Assembly (NCBI GenBank): GCA_964036045.1
Contig: OZ038378.1
Coordinates: 184,202,001 to 184,266,000, forward strand
Reading direction: 5' to 3'
Source: Eutreptiella sp. 'Long Island Sound 2002'
Taxonomy: Eukaryota > Protista > Euglenida
Length of the DNA: 64,000 bases
The notes below the pieces were generated by a model. It was not told the DNA's origin. It was given only the letters and a program-made list of their open reading frames with translations, and ran no database searches. The stretch's first letter is position 1. Every line of letters starts with the position of its first letter. The position numbers and the translations under genes are program-made. Of the stretch, positions 1-10,890 are shown piece after piece.

Positions 1-760
1 CAACTCCGTGATCGTCTCAGGGCGCTTCCACTTCTGAATAGCGACGAGCTTCCCTGGACTGGGTCGTCGGGTGCCATTCTCTAGGAGAGAACCACAAAAT
101 TCGACTGATTTTAAAAATAATTTTCCCTTCTTTGGCCCACAAATCAGCTGATTGGCGTCAAGAATGTCCAAAACTTGGTTCAGCTGCTTCTCATGTAGGG
201 CCACCAGCTCGGCTTCGGTCAGTCCCTCCCCTTCCGTCGCGATGATTATGTCATCTATGTACACACTCACGAAGGCACGAAGCTCAGGATGGGTTGTGAA
301 CAGCACATCCTCCATCATTCTTTGAAAAAATGAGGGGGCGTTCTTCAGCCCCATGGGCATGACGGTCCATTGGACTGGGCCACATGGCGTGCACATACAG
401 GTGAGAGGTCGGCTGTCCTTCCTCAACGGCATTTGGTGAAAGCCGTGGCGGAGATCCAGCACAGAAAACAAACGACCTCTTGCCCTCTTGGCGATTTCCT
501 CCTCAATGAGGGGCAGGGGGTGTGAATCCGCCTTGGTTTCGGCGTTGAGATTGCGAAAATCAACAACCATTCGCCAACCATCAATGGTGTTCTGGTCTGC
601 AGGCGGTGGCTTCGGGACTGTGAAGGGTGCACAGCACCATTCGCTGGTCATACAACCCTCAAGCCAACCAAATTCCCTGAGATTTCTCTCGATGATTTTT
701 CTGAGGATCTCATGTTTATGTCCATGGTTCTCATAAGGGCGCTGTTTTTTCGCCTTGTAC
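1..760 (-). other. Reverse transcriptase domain, Ty3/Gypsy type (partial)
   Basis: WRMVVDFRNLN at 576-546 and YIDD at 261-250; left boundary is the window edge, right boundary approximate. Confidence 0.93.
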
Positions 761-2487
761 CCTTCACGAAGCTCGATGAAGGCTTCACCGAACTGTCCAC
801 GGACAGGGGGATCTTTGATCAACTTCCCTGAAAGGGTTGTGTCCTTCCGTTCCTCAAAAATCTTTTCTCTTGACTTGGAACACAATTCAGTGTCCACCTG
901 ATCGCCAGGAATTACTGTCGAAAAAACCTTGGCGACTTCTTCGGCTTTGGCAGGAAGAATCTTCTTACGGATGTCCCTAAACAGGTCCGTATCAACTGCC
1001 TCTTGAAGATAGGTGGGTCGTGTGTCGAAATCCCAGGGATTCTCTTCGTGATCCAGCTCCTCGAAAGGATCCATGAAAGCTTCCACAGGGGGTTTTTCAT
1101 AAAAAACTCTGAATTTGCGGCGCAATTTCGAATTTTTCTTCGCCCTTGCACTGAAGATTCTTTTCGATGTCGATCGTATTGGGGAAGAGGGAGACGAGGC
1201 GGATCCATTGGACGTTGGATCACCTTGGGTATCTGACGGACAAAAATCAGAAAAAATAGATTCATCATCAGTACCACGCTCAACCTCAGATTCAGACCCA
1301 ACACAAGAATCAGTACCAGAATCAGCAGAATTAGAGTCAGAAAGCTTTCCATCCACCAGGAATGCAAGCGAACTCCAGGACCGCTGTGGCAGGGGACCTG
1401 TGTCGTCCCTGGCATACAGCTTAATCTTCCTGGGAAGTTCGATGTAATCTACACAAATGTCTTGTAATTCCTGAAACCAAGGCTTGTCGTCCCACAAAGG
1501 CACAACTAAAATTGCCTGGGTTTTATCTTGCTTGATTTTGTGGATGACCTGCTGGATTAAGTGAAACGGAGGATTAATCCACAACTTCTTGTCCCATTTG
1601 TGGGTCCAAGCGTCGCGAAAGTGCTTGTCAAAGCGCTTGTTCTCGCGGTTAGCAAAGGCATCATACTGTGGCCAAAAGGAATGGTGCTCATGAAAGTATT
1701 CACAAATTGCATCGCGCCATTTGTCGACAACTCTGTAGGATGAAGAGTGCCAGCGCGAAGGGCGTCGTGGCTGGGAGTCCCTACGAAGACATTCTAACTC
1801 TTGGGAGTAATCGGCACTCCCATTCACCTCTGCAATGGTGACATCTTCACCAAATTTTGGTGTCACCTTTTGCTTCAAAAATTCTTCTGCACTTTTAAAC
1901 CCTGCATGCAAAAAACGAAATTCAGGACGCTCCAAGGGACCTGACTCCAGCAAAAAACAACGACGATGACCTACGGGCGCTACCCTGTTCTTGCGAAGCC
2001 AAGGATGGCCCAAATAAAGGTCATACTTTATGTCGGCACGGTAGAAGTAGTCATCCTTAAGGACAATTTCCTCCACATTACCTTCTTCCCAAAGGTCTTG
2101 AGCGACCAAATGAGTCGATATATAACAACCGCGTTGCCCACCTGCGAGAGAATGTCCAGAAACTCCCTCGAGGGTAACAGGATGAGGCGATTCAAACACG
2201 CAGTCGTCGGGTAAGAATGAATTGGATTGGAGATTTACCTCTGATCCATTGTCACACAAACAAGTGGCGAGGTGGAAATTTCCCTTGCAATCAGAGACCC
2301 ACAGCTTTGTGACAAACTGACGGGCCCTGTGCTTGGACTGTACACCAACCTCGTCCACTACAACAGAAGGATCCGCTGCCGGATCCAGGGGAGAGGAGAC
2401 AAGCGACCCTACATCAAGTAATGGTCGCTCTGGAATCTGGGGATCATGCCTGAAATCGCCTGGGGAGGGGCAATTTTCGTGGCTCCC
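1..2487 (-). CDS. pol: pol polyprotein (partial): aspartic protease - N6-adenine methyltransferase - reverse transcriptase; in frame with gag after TAG
   Basis: Manual translation is open from 2487 to base 1 (missing from the ORF track because it runs off the edge). Motifs: CDNGSEVN, YDLYLGHPWL, YDAFA, WINPPF, ILVVPLW, WRMVVDFRNLN, HPLPLIEE, LDLRHGFHQ, MPMGLKNAPSFFQRMM, VYIDDII. Confidence 0.92.
1348..1740 (-). other. DNA N6-adenine methyltransferase domain (Dam-like, DIRS1-type MT) inside pol
   Basis: DAFA at 1662-1651 (SAM-binding motif I-like), DAW..KW, NPPF at 1575-1564 (catalytic motif IV), then LIQQVIHKIK..AILVVPLWDDKPWFQEL, matching the layout of the DIRS MT domain. Confidence 0.85.
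1950..2310 (-). other. Retropepsin-like aspartic protease domain with a D-N-G active-site variant
   Basis: LATCLCDNGSEVNL (D at 2253-2251) and C-terminal YDLYLGHPWL motif; boundaries approximate. Confidence 0.8.
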
Positions 2488-5400
2488 CTAGGCGTTCTGA
2501 CCTCCAGCGGCTGCGTTAACATTGTGAACACAGCCTGATTCGTCGATCCACTCCTCTTGGAACGGATCATCTGCTGGATTCAGGGCATTTTCGACGTAAT
2601 CTCGATCCGCATCGGACACCTGATCTGCACCTGAGACCTGATCCACACGATGGTTGCCCTTTCCGCGTCCACGGCCACGGCCGCCGGATGATGGGCCACC
2701 ACCGTCGCCACGCCCTCTGCCCTTACCAGAGAAAGGGGTTCCTGAAGGATTTCCCTTACCTTTACCCTGTGATCCTGGAGCATTTCCTTTGTTTGTACCG
2801 GATTGAGGGGTTTGGCCTGGATTTCGATTTCCGCCTCCGGCGTTGCCATTGGGACTTGTCTGGCCGTTTGGCTGCCCACCGGAGCCGGATGGAGTCCGAT
2901 TTCCTTTGCCTTGGGACCCGCCAGGGCCTCCAGTATTTTTGTTTCCACCGGAGGGGGTCGGATTACCCTTTCCCCCCTTTGCACCATGCACCTGTCTGTC
3001 ATTCCTGTCTGAATTCTGCGAATTACTGACATTTTCACCAATCACCTTGTGATCATAAGCAGACCATCGGTGATTACCAGTAGAATGCGTCTTAGCTCGG
3101 TTCGTAGAACCTAAAAGAAGGCAGATGCTACAATGATCCTGAACATTCCGGGTGTCATTCACCTTCTTGTTGCCCTTTTGGGCCCCATTTTGGGTGTTTT
3201 GCTGGGTATTCTTGTTTCCCCCAAGACCCTCATGGAAATTTTGATTAGCGGCGTCAGCAAGCCGCTCAACCTCTTCCCACAGTTCCTGCGGGGTGAACGA
3301 AAACACCCAGTTCCTGGCCTTCAGGCGATGGCCGTGGAAACTTACTCCCCTATTGAGGACTTGGACAAACAAGTCCCGATCCTCGTGTTCATTAAACTTG
3401 ATTTTCCACGTGTTTTCAGTGAATTTCACCTTGGTAAACGACGTGGGGGAACACTTTTGAAGTGCTTCCCTGACGGTGAACCTGTTGGCCGAGGCATCAA
3501 AGCCTTCGACCTCTGCCCACCAGGTCTTGACCTTTTCTTTGGATTGTTTATTCCGAAGGGTGGCGGCAGTTTCGGAGGGGATCTTGTCAAAAATCAAATT
3601 TTTCAGCTCGGCACTAGAAAATTTTTCGCCTGAATGTTCAGATTCTTCTACGAGATTCCAGAAGCGCTGTCTCTTGTCTTGCACTTCGTGCAAGATTAAT
3701 CGAGAGAATGAAGGAAAATTCTTCAACATCTGGTGGTAATGGTCCTCTGGCAGCCGGGATCCACGTACCTCCAACTGTTCCCACACCTCATCAAAGGTAA
3801 GGGGGGAACTTGAATCCTCACGATCACTCCAGGTCCGGAGCCAAGTGTTGGCCGGCGCTCCCTCAAGGCAGTCCAAGAGGGCCATCAGGAACTGATCATC
3901 TTGGAGTTTTTGAGTCTTAACCCACAGTTTAAATTCCCGTTGGAACTGAGGCCAACGTCTGGGGTTTCCATTATACTTCGGTTGCTTGGCAACCTGACGA
4001 AGTCGCAATGAGGTAGGATTAAGGAGTGAATCCAGCCCAACACCAGCCGTAATGGCAGACACCTTGGCGGCATCATTAGCCACACCAGCTCCGGCGAGGG
4101 TCTGGGCGAGCAACATCTGGGCTATTGCATTGGAATCAACAGCAGGAAGGGCAGTACGGGAGGCAGTTCGCTTGGCATTCTGAGCCTCAGTCCTAGCCTT
4201 CGCCGACCTACTCTGAGATCGAGAGATTGTAACCCTTTCCTTTAGTTTATTCCTGCTGATCCTGGCATCGGTGGTCTTAGAGTCCACCGAAGGAGCAATC
4301 GAAAAAATTTCTGTCGCCTCCTCCGACGGTTCTGTTGTTTGTTCCACCGATGATGCGCCCTCAGACCGCATGTGTGTCTTGAAAAGATCTTTAATTCCCA
4401 GCGTCTGAATGATGAGTTGCATTTGATCTTTGAGGAATTGGAGCTCAGTATCTCGCTGTAATCTGCAAGAGCAGTCGGCAGGACAGTACATACCGTGTCC
4501 TGAAGGGCCTGAGCAGGCTGTCGGACCGCTAATCTCAGTGGTTCGCAGCCAGGAGTCCACTTGGGGAGCTCCTTCAGTCCTAATTTCCAGGCTTGCCTGC
4601 CTGGCTGCCTCTAAAGTTCCTTCCTCAACCGCGGCGGCTAGATCGTCGCGGATGGAAACAGAGGGATGAGGGGCGGAGGGCCCGGCAACAGGTGCCTTGG
4701 TCTTCTCCTTCGGGAAGGGGCTTGCCTCCCAGATCTGCAAAAAAATGGCAAAAGATTCATCTTCTTGAGAACGCCACCACATCCTGGTATTAATTTCTTC
4801 CTGAAGAAGGAAAAAATATTCAAATGAAAAATCAGAGGCGATTCTTTCTTGACCTATCAGCTTAGACGTGGCTAATGGACAAAGGGCCTCAAGCGCCTCA
4901 AGGTTACGGGTCACTTCTGAAGACAAATGGTTGTCCCATTGTGCCCAAGAGGCTGGTCGATTATAGGTAGGTACCTCAGCTGGACCACCCATCTCAATGT
5001 CGTCAATGTCGGCGTCGATGGTCTCAAAATGTGGACATTGGTAAGGAGTATTAGTACCTGCCAGATCCGTAAGCTCCACCGGAGCGTTGCCATTAGCGTA
5101 GGCTGGGAGATTCCAGCTGCTTGATGGCCAATTTCGACTGGGATCTTGATTGTAATCTGGGCCTCCACAGCTGCTGATTTGTGCCCTTCTTGGGCAATTT
5201 GGGCTTGCGCAAGGCATTCCTCTCAAGGCCTCGTTCGCACAGCACCACGGCAGCGTAATCGTTACGTCTCCGGAGGTGGCGGAGTCTACGGGGCCGTACT
5301 GGGGAGCTAGCTGTGGTTGGGACACCAAAGGAACAACATTCAGGTAGCCTCTGCTACCATGAAAGTGCTGCCCTGGGTCGTTGAGGGTGCCGGAGGGCTC

Positions 5401-5523
5401 GGGGCCGGCAAGACCAGTGGGGCAGGCACGCGAGGAGTCTCCCTGGATGTTGTTATTGGGGGTAGAACCGGATACTCGGACACCAACGGAGGCGAGAGCA
5501 GCAACAACTGAAGCAAGGTCCAT
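2488..5523 (-). CDS. gag: Gag-like protein, 1011 aa
   Basis: ORF track; capsid-type PKYNGNPRRWPQFQREFKLW motif, CSIC-X11-H-X4-H cluster, Gly/Asn/Arg-rich tail; directly upstream of and in frame with pol. Confidence 0.88.
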   Translation of the reverse strand: MDLASVVAALASVGVRVSGSTPNNNIQGDSSRACPTGLAGPEPSGTLNDPGQHFHGSRGYLNVVPLVSQPQLAPQYGPVDSATSGDVTITLPWCCANEALRGMPCASPNCPRRAQISSCGGPDYNQDPSRNWPSSSWNLPAYANGNAPVELTDLAGTNTPYQCPHFETIDADIDDIEMGGPAEVPTYNRPASWAQWDNHLSSEVTRNLEALEALCPLATSKLIGQERIASDFSFEYFFLLQEEINTRMWWRSQEDESFAIFLQIWEASPFPKEKTKAPVAGPSAPHPSVSIRDDLAAAVEEGTLEAARQASLEIRTEGAPQVDSWLRTTEISGPTACSGPSGHGMYCPADCSCRLQRDTELQFLKDQMQLIIQTLGIKDLFKTHMRSEGASSVEQTTEPSEEATEIFSIAPSVDSKTTDARISRNKLKERVTISRSQSRSAKARTEAQNAKRTASRTALPAVDSNAIAQMLLAQTLAGAGVANDAAKVSAITAGVGLDSLLNPTSLRLRQVAKQPKYNGNPRRWPQFQREFKLWVKTQKLQDDQFLMALLDCLEGAPANTWLRTWSDREDSSSPLTFDEVWEQLEVRGSRLPEDHYHQMLKNFPSFSRLILHEVQDKRQRFWNLVEESEHSGEKFSSAELKNLIFDKIPSETAATLRNKQSKEKVKTWWAEVEGFDASANRFTVREALQKCSPTSFTKVKFTENTWKIKFNEHEDRDLFVQVLNRGVSFHGHRLKARNWVFSFTPQELWEEVERLADAANQNFHEGLGGNKNTQQNTQNGAQKGNKKVNDTRNVQDHCSICLLLGSTNRAKTHSTGNHRWSAYDHKVIGENVSNSQNSDRNDRQVHGAKGGKGNPTPSGGNKNTGGPGGSQGKGNRTPSGSGGQPNGQTSPNGNAGGGNRNPGQTPQSGTNKGNAPGSQGKGKGNPSGTPFSGKGRGRGDGGGPSSGGRGRGRGKGNHRVDQVSGADQVSDADRDYVENALNPADDPFQEEWIDESGCVHNVNAAAGGQNA

Positions 5524-5930
5524 GCTGATTGTGGTCCGGCAGAAAATCCCAGTCTATGAAGAAAATTGATGCGAATTATTCTAAATACATCTGAGTGTCC
5601 AAAACTGTCTGAAAAGATTTCAATAATCCAATTATGTAAAAATGTTTAGCCGATCTGGCCCGCGAGCGCGCGTCAGCGGCAAATAGCGATTCCAGCTAAA
5701 ATAGCGGAACGCGGCGGATTTACGGGAAATGGACCGCGGAATCAAATCCGGCATATCAGAAATATATAGGAAATATCCTGAGACTGAGCTGCGAGGCGGC
5801 GATTCCGCCGAAGCAAAGAAAATGACCAAAATGTAGCCAATCTGGGCAGAATGTCTGAAAATCTGAGCAGATGGGGCTAGCTGCACTTACAGGGGTGGAG
5901 AGGTGCACTAAGCTGAATTACAGTACCATT

Positions 5931-6593
5931 TCAGAACTCCTGACCTGTGTCACGCCGTGACACGCGCTCCTTCTTTGGCTTTCTTGTTCTCCTCATCCCA
6001 CGGTGCGTTGTTCGCAGCTCTTCCCCGCCTTCTGGTTCTCCTCCCGGCGTTTCCGGATCAAATCCATAATGTTCCCATACTGGATCCCCAGGTCCTTGAT
6101 ATCCAACAGGTTTGGCTTCAATGACTTCCTTGCCGACCGGCCCGTGTGTCGATGGCATCGTTTCGTCCTCTTGTTCCGGTCCGTGCTCTGCGCAAACCCT
6201 GTATACCGTGGCGTCCGGCGCCTCCTTTGGATCCCATTTCCACGCCGTTTTGAGCTGCAAAACTTGCACGATCTGGTCCTTTGTCATTGTCCGTGAATCC
6301 CAGTGCGGCGCTCTCAGGTGAACTTCACGCATGATCAATGAGACTCGCAGTTCTTGTTCCGTAAAGGGCACTGCGGCCGCCTGTTGTGGTTGCTCATACC
6401 TCCAAACACCATTGATCTTCCAGCTCCAGCGTCCCGTCACGAGATCAAACTGACGCCGTACTCCGTTCTCATCATCCGTAACCCATGTACACTCCGTGGC
6501 AGCGTTCAACAAACTGTCCGGCGCTCGTAGTTGCCGTAGTTGGTGTATTGTTGCCTCCGCCACCGATTCACGTTGTCGCTGGATGCTCATCAC
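5931..6593 (-). CDS. Unknown 220-aa ORF upstream of gag, possibly within the 5' LTR
   Basis: ORF track; complex Trp-rich composition; no recognised domain; GTG/ATG start uncertain. Confidence 0.35.
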   Translation of the reverse strand: MMSIQRQRESVAEATIHQLRQLRAPDSLLNAATECTWVTDDENGVRRQFDLVTGRWSWKINGVWRYEQPQQAAAVPFTEQELRVSLIMREVHLRAPHWDSRTMTKDQIVQVLQLKTAWKWDPKEAPDATVYRVCAEHGPEQEDETMPSTHGPVGKEVIEAKPVGYQGPGDPVWEHYGFDPETPGGEPEGGEELRTTHRGMRRTRKPKKERVSRRDTGQEF

Positions 6594-6892
6594 CGTCTTC
6601 TCCTTCGTACCTTTCGGTCTCGGCTATGCCTGGTTCACCGTGTATCCCTTTCACGCTCGCGTCAGTGGGCCGCCTTCGTCGCCCACTCTCGGAAGCAAAT
6701 GGAATGTAAGTGGACTCGTTCTTGTCTCTTTTTCCTATCACGTGATTTTTGCTCTTCAAAATCTCGCTGCAAAATTTTTCCAGTCTCCTCGTCCACGTTT
6801 CCCTGAGTGTCCCTGCGAGCACAAAAGGGCAGGTCTATGACCTTTATTCATGATAGTTCATTCTGCATCTTCGTAAGTCATAGAACACGACA
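5948..6892 (-). repeat. Candidate 5' LTR (TGTC...GACA)
   Basis: Minus strand starts TGTCGTG at 6892 and ends CGTGACA at 5948, with AATAAA near 6847-6842; no second LTR in the window to confirm. Confidence 0.3.
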
Positions 6893-7337
6893 GTGTTCCA
6901 TTTGCCTGCCTGCAGGCGAAACATGCTGGCATGCAACACAAAATCTTAAAATGTAATAAATCTACATTTATGCATGCCGAAAAATTATTTGTACACTCAA
7001 CACACATCTACTGTTTACTTCTCTCTTTATCTTTCTTCTGTCGTCAGCGACAATCTGGCGCGGGATCTGGCGCGCGCTTCTATCCTGGCGCCGCCTGTCA
7101 CAGAACATCCGGTCAAAAATCCAAAAGATAATCCAAGAAAATCTGTCAAAAAGTAAACTCTGTGTACCTGTCAGGAAAAACCCATTGCATCATGACCTTG
7201 CCTTGTACGTCGTCGGTGTTGGGGATTTGAAGGAGGTTTGTTTGTGTTTTTTGGGGAAATGTTGGATGTATAGGCCAAAGCCCATTGCAATGCAACAAAG
7301 GACTTCAAAAATTATTACAATTTCGAAACGCCCTCAG

Positions 7338-7363
7338 CGACGACGACGACGACGACGACGACG
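7338..7363. repeat. (GAC)n microsatellite
   Basis: Direct inspection. Confidence 0.9.
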
Positions 7364-8319
7364 CTGAAGACGACGAGGACGAGGTCTATGAATTGACTAC
7401 GTGAAGGAATTAGCAAACCCCAACAACATGTTTGAGTTGAAGGAATCCAAAAAATTATTGGAGGACTTCTTTGAATTTATTGAAGCAATTGAAGACCTAT
7501 GAGCTATGGCAGCGACCTACAGCACTGTCGACGACTTGGTAGAAGACAGAATTCGACGACGACAGCCATGGGCCTTGGTATGCCCCATGGATTGACACTT
7601 GGAGGCCATCAAGACTTACTCCCAGGGTTACTCTACAAAGGTGGATGGTTTCCTACTATTTGGATGGTTTGACTTGATGGAGATTGCTACCGGATGGGAC
7701 ATCTCATATGCCTACAACTGATCTTGACTGGGGACGCGTTGAAGCGATTGGTTTAAGTTAAAGAAGAATCTTTGAGCCAAATCAACTGATTTATATTCAT
7801 TTGTTCAATTTTGCATAGACACTTATATGTGAATTCTTTTATTATTATCTTAAGCAATTTGTGCTTCCTTTACGCTATTTTTGCAGCTGCAGCCCTGGAT
7901 TTTCTTTGTGTTGTCTTTGGTTTCAGGGTCAGGACATCATACAAGTACATTTTTGTGGTTGTTTGTTTGTTTACTATTTTTTTGTTTTTGTCTAAAAATT
8001 TTTTTTGGAGAAAAATACATATTTCTCCGGGTTCTCTTGGGAGAATCAGCCCCAGACCCACCCTTTTTCTGGCTGGGTGTGTCTGAGCTTGGGAGGGGAG
8101 TGTTCACCCGGTAGAACTATGTGGTGGTTAACAATTGCGCGAGGCCTCGCGCATAAAATTCGATAAATAATGCATTTTTGTAGGCATGCAATGAACGGGA
8201 AGAATGCGAAATGATGTTGCAATCATTTGTTCTGCAGACCATGTTCATCCCACAAACAAGGGGAACGCAAAATGTATTTATTGGTTAATTTCGGCTAAAA
8301 GCAAATCATTTTCCACTGA

Positions 8320-8336
8320 AATAATAATAATAATAA

Positions 8337-8373
<37 letters not shown>

Positions 8374-8405
8374 GCCGTTGTTGTTGTTGTTGTTCTTGTT
8401 GTTTG
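8320..8405. repeat. Compound (ATA)n(GTT)n microsatellite
   Basis: Direct inspection. Confidence 0.92.
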
Positions 8406-10403
8406 TGCCCAAAATGAAGAAGCAGGCAAAGCGACGTGTACAGAATTTTTGTTGCGGTTGTTGTTGCTGGTGCCCAAAATGAACAAGTAGGCAAAACGAC
8501 GTTTGCAAAATTTTTGAACTAAGGTGCCTCTCGATCAGCTTCGGAAGTAGTCCGAATAAGATCGACCCTCATGTTCCAATATTGATGACACCTTCATTTG
8601 TGAACTGCTCACTCATGCCAGATAACAAGTATTGCGTAGCTCTACGATGGTGGTTGGAAACATCAATCCTCCATCCATATACTAATAGATACACTTGCTT
8701 GATGTACTTTCTATTTCTTCTATCACTTCTGATGTCATGCAATCAGTTGCTGCCTGGACGGGTTGGACCACTGCATCGTAGAGTGCTAAAAACTGCTCTC
8801 TCCATGGTGCTCACAAAGAACTCACAACAGCAACACTCTGGCACTAGTATGTAGTTCAAGGATGGGGCATGGATCACACAACTGACCTACTGTTCTTCAT
8901 GATGGTAGGGCGCTAACTATCTACTTTTTGACGTATTTTTTTTGTGATTTTCTATATTTTCTGGCGGCTTTTCGTGTTTTGACTCTGCACTCAAGCTTTG
9001 TACGTGAAGCATGTCCCTTTTATCGGTCCAAGGTGCGTTGACGAAAGGCGGGGGCTACAGTGAAGCCAGCGGGTCACACATGCGCCGGCTGAGATGTATG
9101 AATTTTCACGTGCCGCCATGCATTTGTCGCTTGTGAAATATTCAATCCTGCAATCCATTCTTGCGTTAAAGTTTTTCTCACTATACAGCCTTAGTTTGGT
9201 CAATGTTTCTCTGATGAGTTGACCCTTGCTTCGCTTGCATCGTGCTTTACAACTGTGTTTTAATTGTGTTCTTAGGCAACAGGGAGAGTGACCAAGCATC
9301 TTTTGGATGCCGAGGCCGCCAAGTGAACAAAGGGGGCATGCAACAAGCTGCAAAGCAATGAGATAGGATGGAATCCTTCGCATTTCCCCCTTAGATGGGC
9401 ATAGGCTGCTGATAAGGTGCGCAATTGATTTTATATACAATCACCGACTACTTTCAAATACATGTTACATAATAACCACTTGTTGCAATTTTTTGTTGTC
9501 ACAACAATCAACTTTTTGTAATTATTGTGTTTAAGATAATGAACTATTCACCAAAAGAGCTAGGTTTTTACAATACAAAAAGACAATGTACACGCTTGCG
9601 ACAATACAAAGCTCTCCTTTCTTGAACGAAAACATCACCTTGTGTATGGATACAACATTCTTAGCAATTTGTAAGTGGTATGATTAACCAGTTTTGATGA
9701 ATTCTCAAAACAATAGGATGTGCCAATTATTTTCAAAATAATCCTCCATAATTGCCGGTCGTTGGTAAAACCAGTTTTGAACAGTGCCCAAATTTACAGG
9801 TCTGGATGGTCGTAAGCCGACATCTAGTCCTACAACACCCATAGCATCATCAGTTTCATCATCATGCAAGGTATGGCGCACTATTTGTAGCTTTGTTTCT
9901 GGGTACATGACCTGATTGTGCTTGAATGGCCTTCCAAAAACAATCCCAACCATTGGACACCAAAACCAACTAGCCACTCGGTAGGCATCATAGCCTGAGG
10001 CCTCAGCGTCTCTCAGCCACAACGCTTTTGTTTTCACTTGAAGTTTCATATCCCTCTATCCAAACTGGGCAGTCAACAAATTCACACCCTTTTCATTACT
10101 TTCCTTTTGGGGTGTGAAATCAAAATGAAATGAAATTAAAAAGTGTGCCAAATCGGGCAAAAATGGGTAAAAAAAGGTAGCAAAATGGGCTACAATAGCT
10201 GAAAAACATGGGCCTGCTGGGTTGAAAGGTGTGGCCCAAATCAACAGGGTGTGAAATTGCTGACTCCTATGTAGCTGAGCATACTTACCCTTGAATTTGC
10301 ACCTCACATACATTTGGTATACTTTTTTAGAATGGGGGCAAGCCCGAGCCTGCTTTGAAATTTTAATTTTTGTTAATCTCTTTCGGACACTACGGCCGAC
10401 GTT

Positions 10404-10890
10404 GGGGCTAAGTGTTTGCACTGTGTGGGCACTGCGTGCATATTGCGCACGCAGAGGCTAGGATACTCACTCAAGAATACCTGTCACCTGTTTACTAAGG
10501 GGAAGGCTGAAAGGTATCAATACCATAGGGTTGGCCAGGTGTCCATCGATATTTCTGGTTGTAGTTATAACCAACAGCATCGTCGAAGAAGAGCTGTCCG
10601 GTCCTGGTGTCGACTCGCCACCATCGAGTATGGGCGATCGAGAGCCTTCGAGCAACGATGACCACGTTGACTTCTCTGCAGTTGTGGACGTGGCCATACC
10701 GATCGATGATCTAGAGCATCTCGGTTCGAGAATCACCTTGAAGACGACCAAGGTTTTGGTGCCACATCGTAGATGCTTGGGAAGCCAAAAAAACCCTGGT
10801 ACGGAACCAAAAACTTGTGAACTAGGGTTCGAGTATTTGCCAACATCCAAAACTTCGCACTGCGTGCGCACTGCATGCATGGCATTCCCT
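10404..10890. mobile_element. Degenerate MITE related to the GGGGG-ended 11-bp-repeat family
   Basis: GCACTG(T/C)G(T/C)GG/GCGC-type tandem motifs near both ends (about 10418-10450 and 10857-10880), GGGG at the left and TTCCC at the right; TSD not clear. Confidence 0.4.

Larger units (their letters stand above)
1..6892 (-). mobile_element. Ty3/Gypsy LTR retrotransposon, apparently intact, 3' part (rest of RT, RNase H, integrase, 3' LTR) beyond the left window edge; right boundary tentative
   Basis: 1011-codon gag plus at least 829 in-frame pol codons with no stop or frameshift after the gag TAG; domain order gag-PR-MTase-RT; Gypsy-type RT motifs. Confidence 0.92.

Noticed and set aside
1-5523. 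Calling the MTase-bearing element a DIRS1 retrotransposon
   Set aside because: It has a protease, Gypsy-type RT motifs and the MT upstream of RT; DIRS1 lacks protease and places MT after RNase H. Final proof needs the integrase outside the window.
5915-5928. TGGTACTG as primer-binding site
   Set aside because: It starts with TGG but lies 19 nt from the candidate LTR end, and I cannot match it to a specific tRNA 3' end.
8204-8508. Poly-Q/N/T/L ORFs
   Set aside because: Translations of the (ATA)n(GTT)n microsatellite.
8991-10421. Possible HTH/transposase remnant (LGTVQNWFYQR) on the minus strand
   Set aside because: Only one helix-like motif, no DDE residues or TIRs identified; too weak to call.
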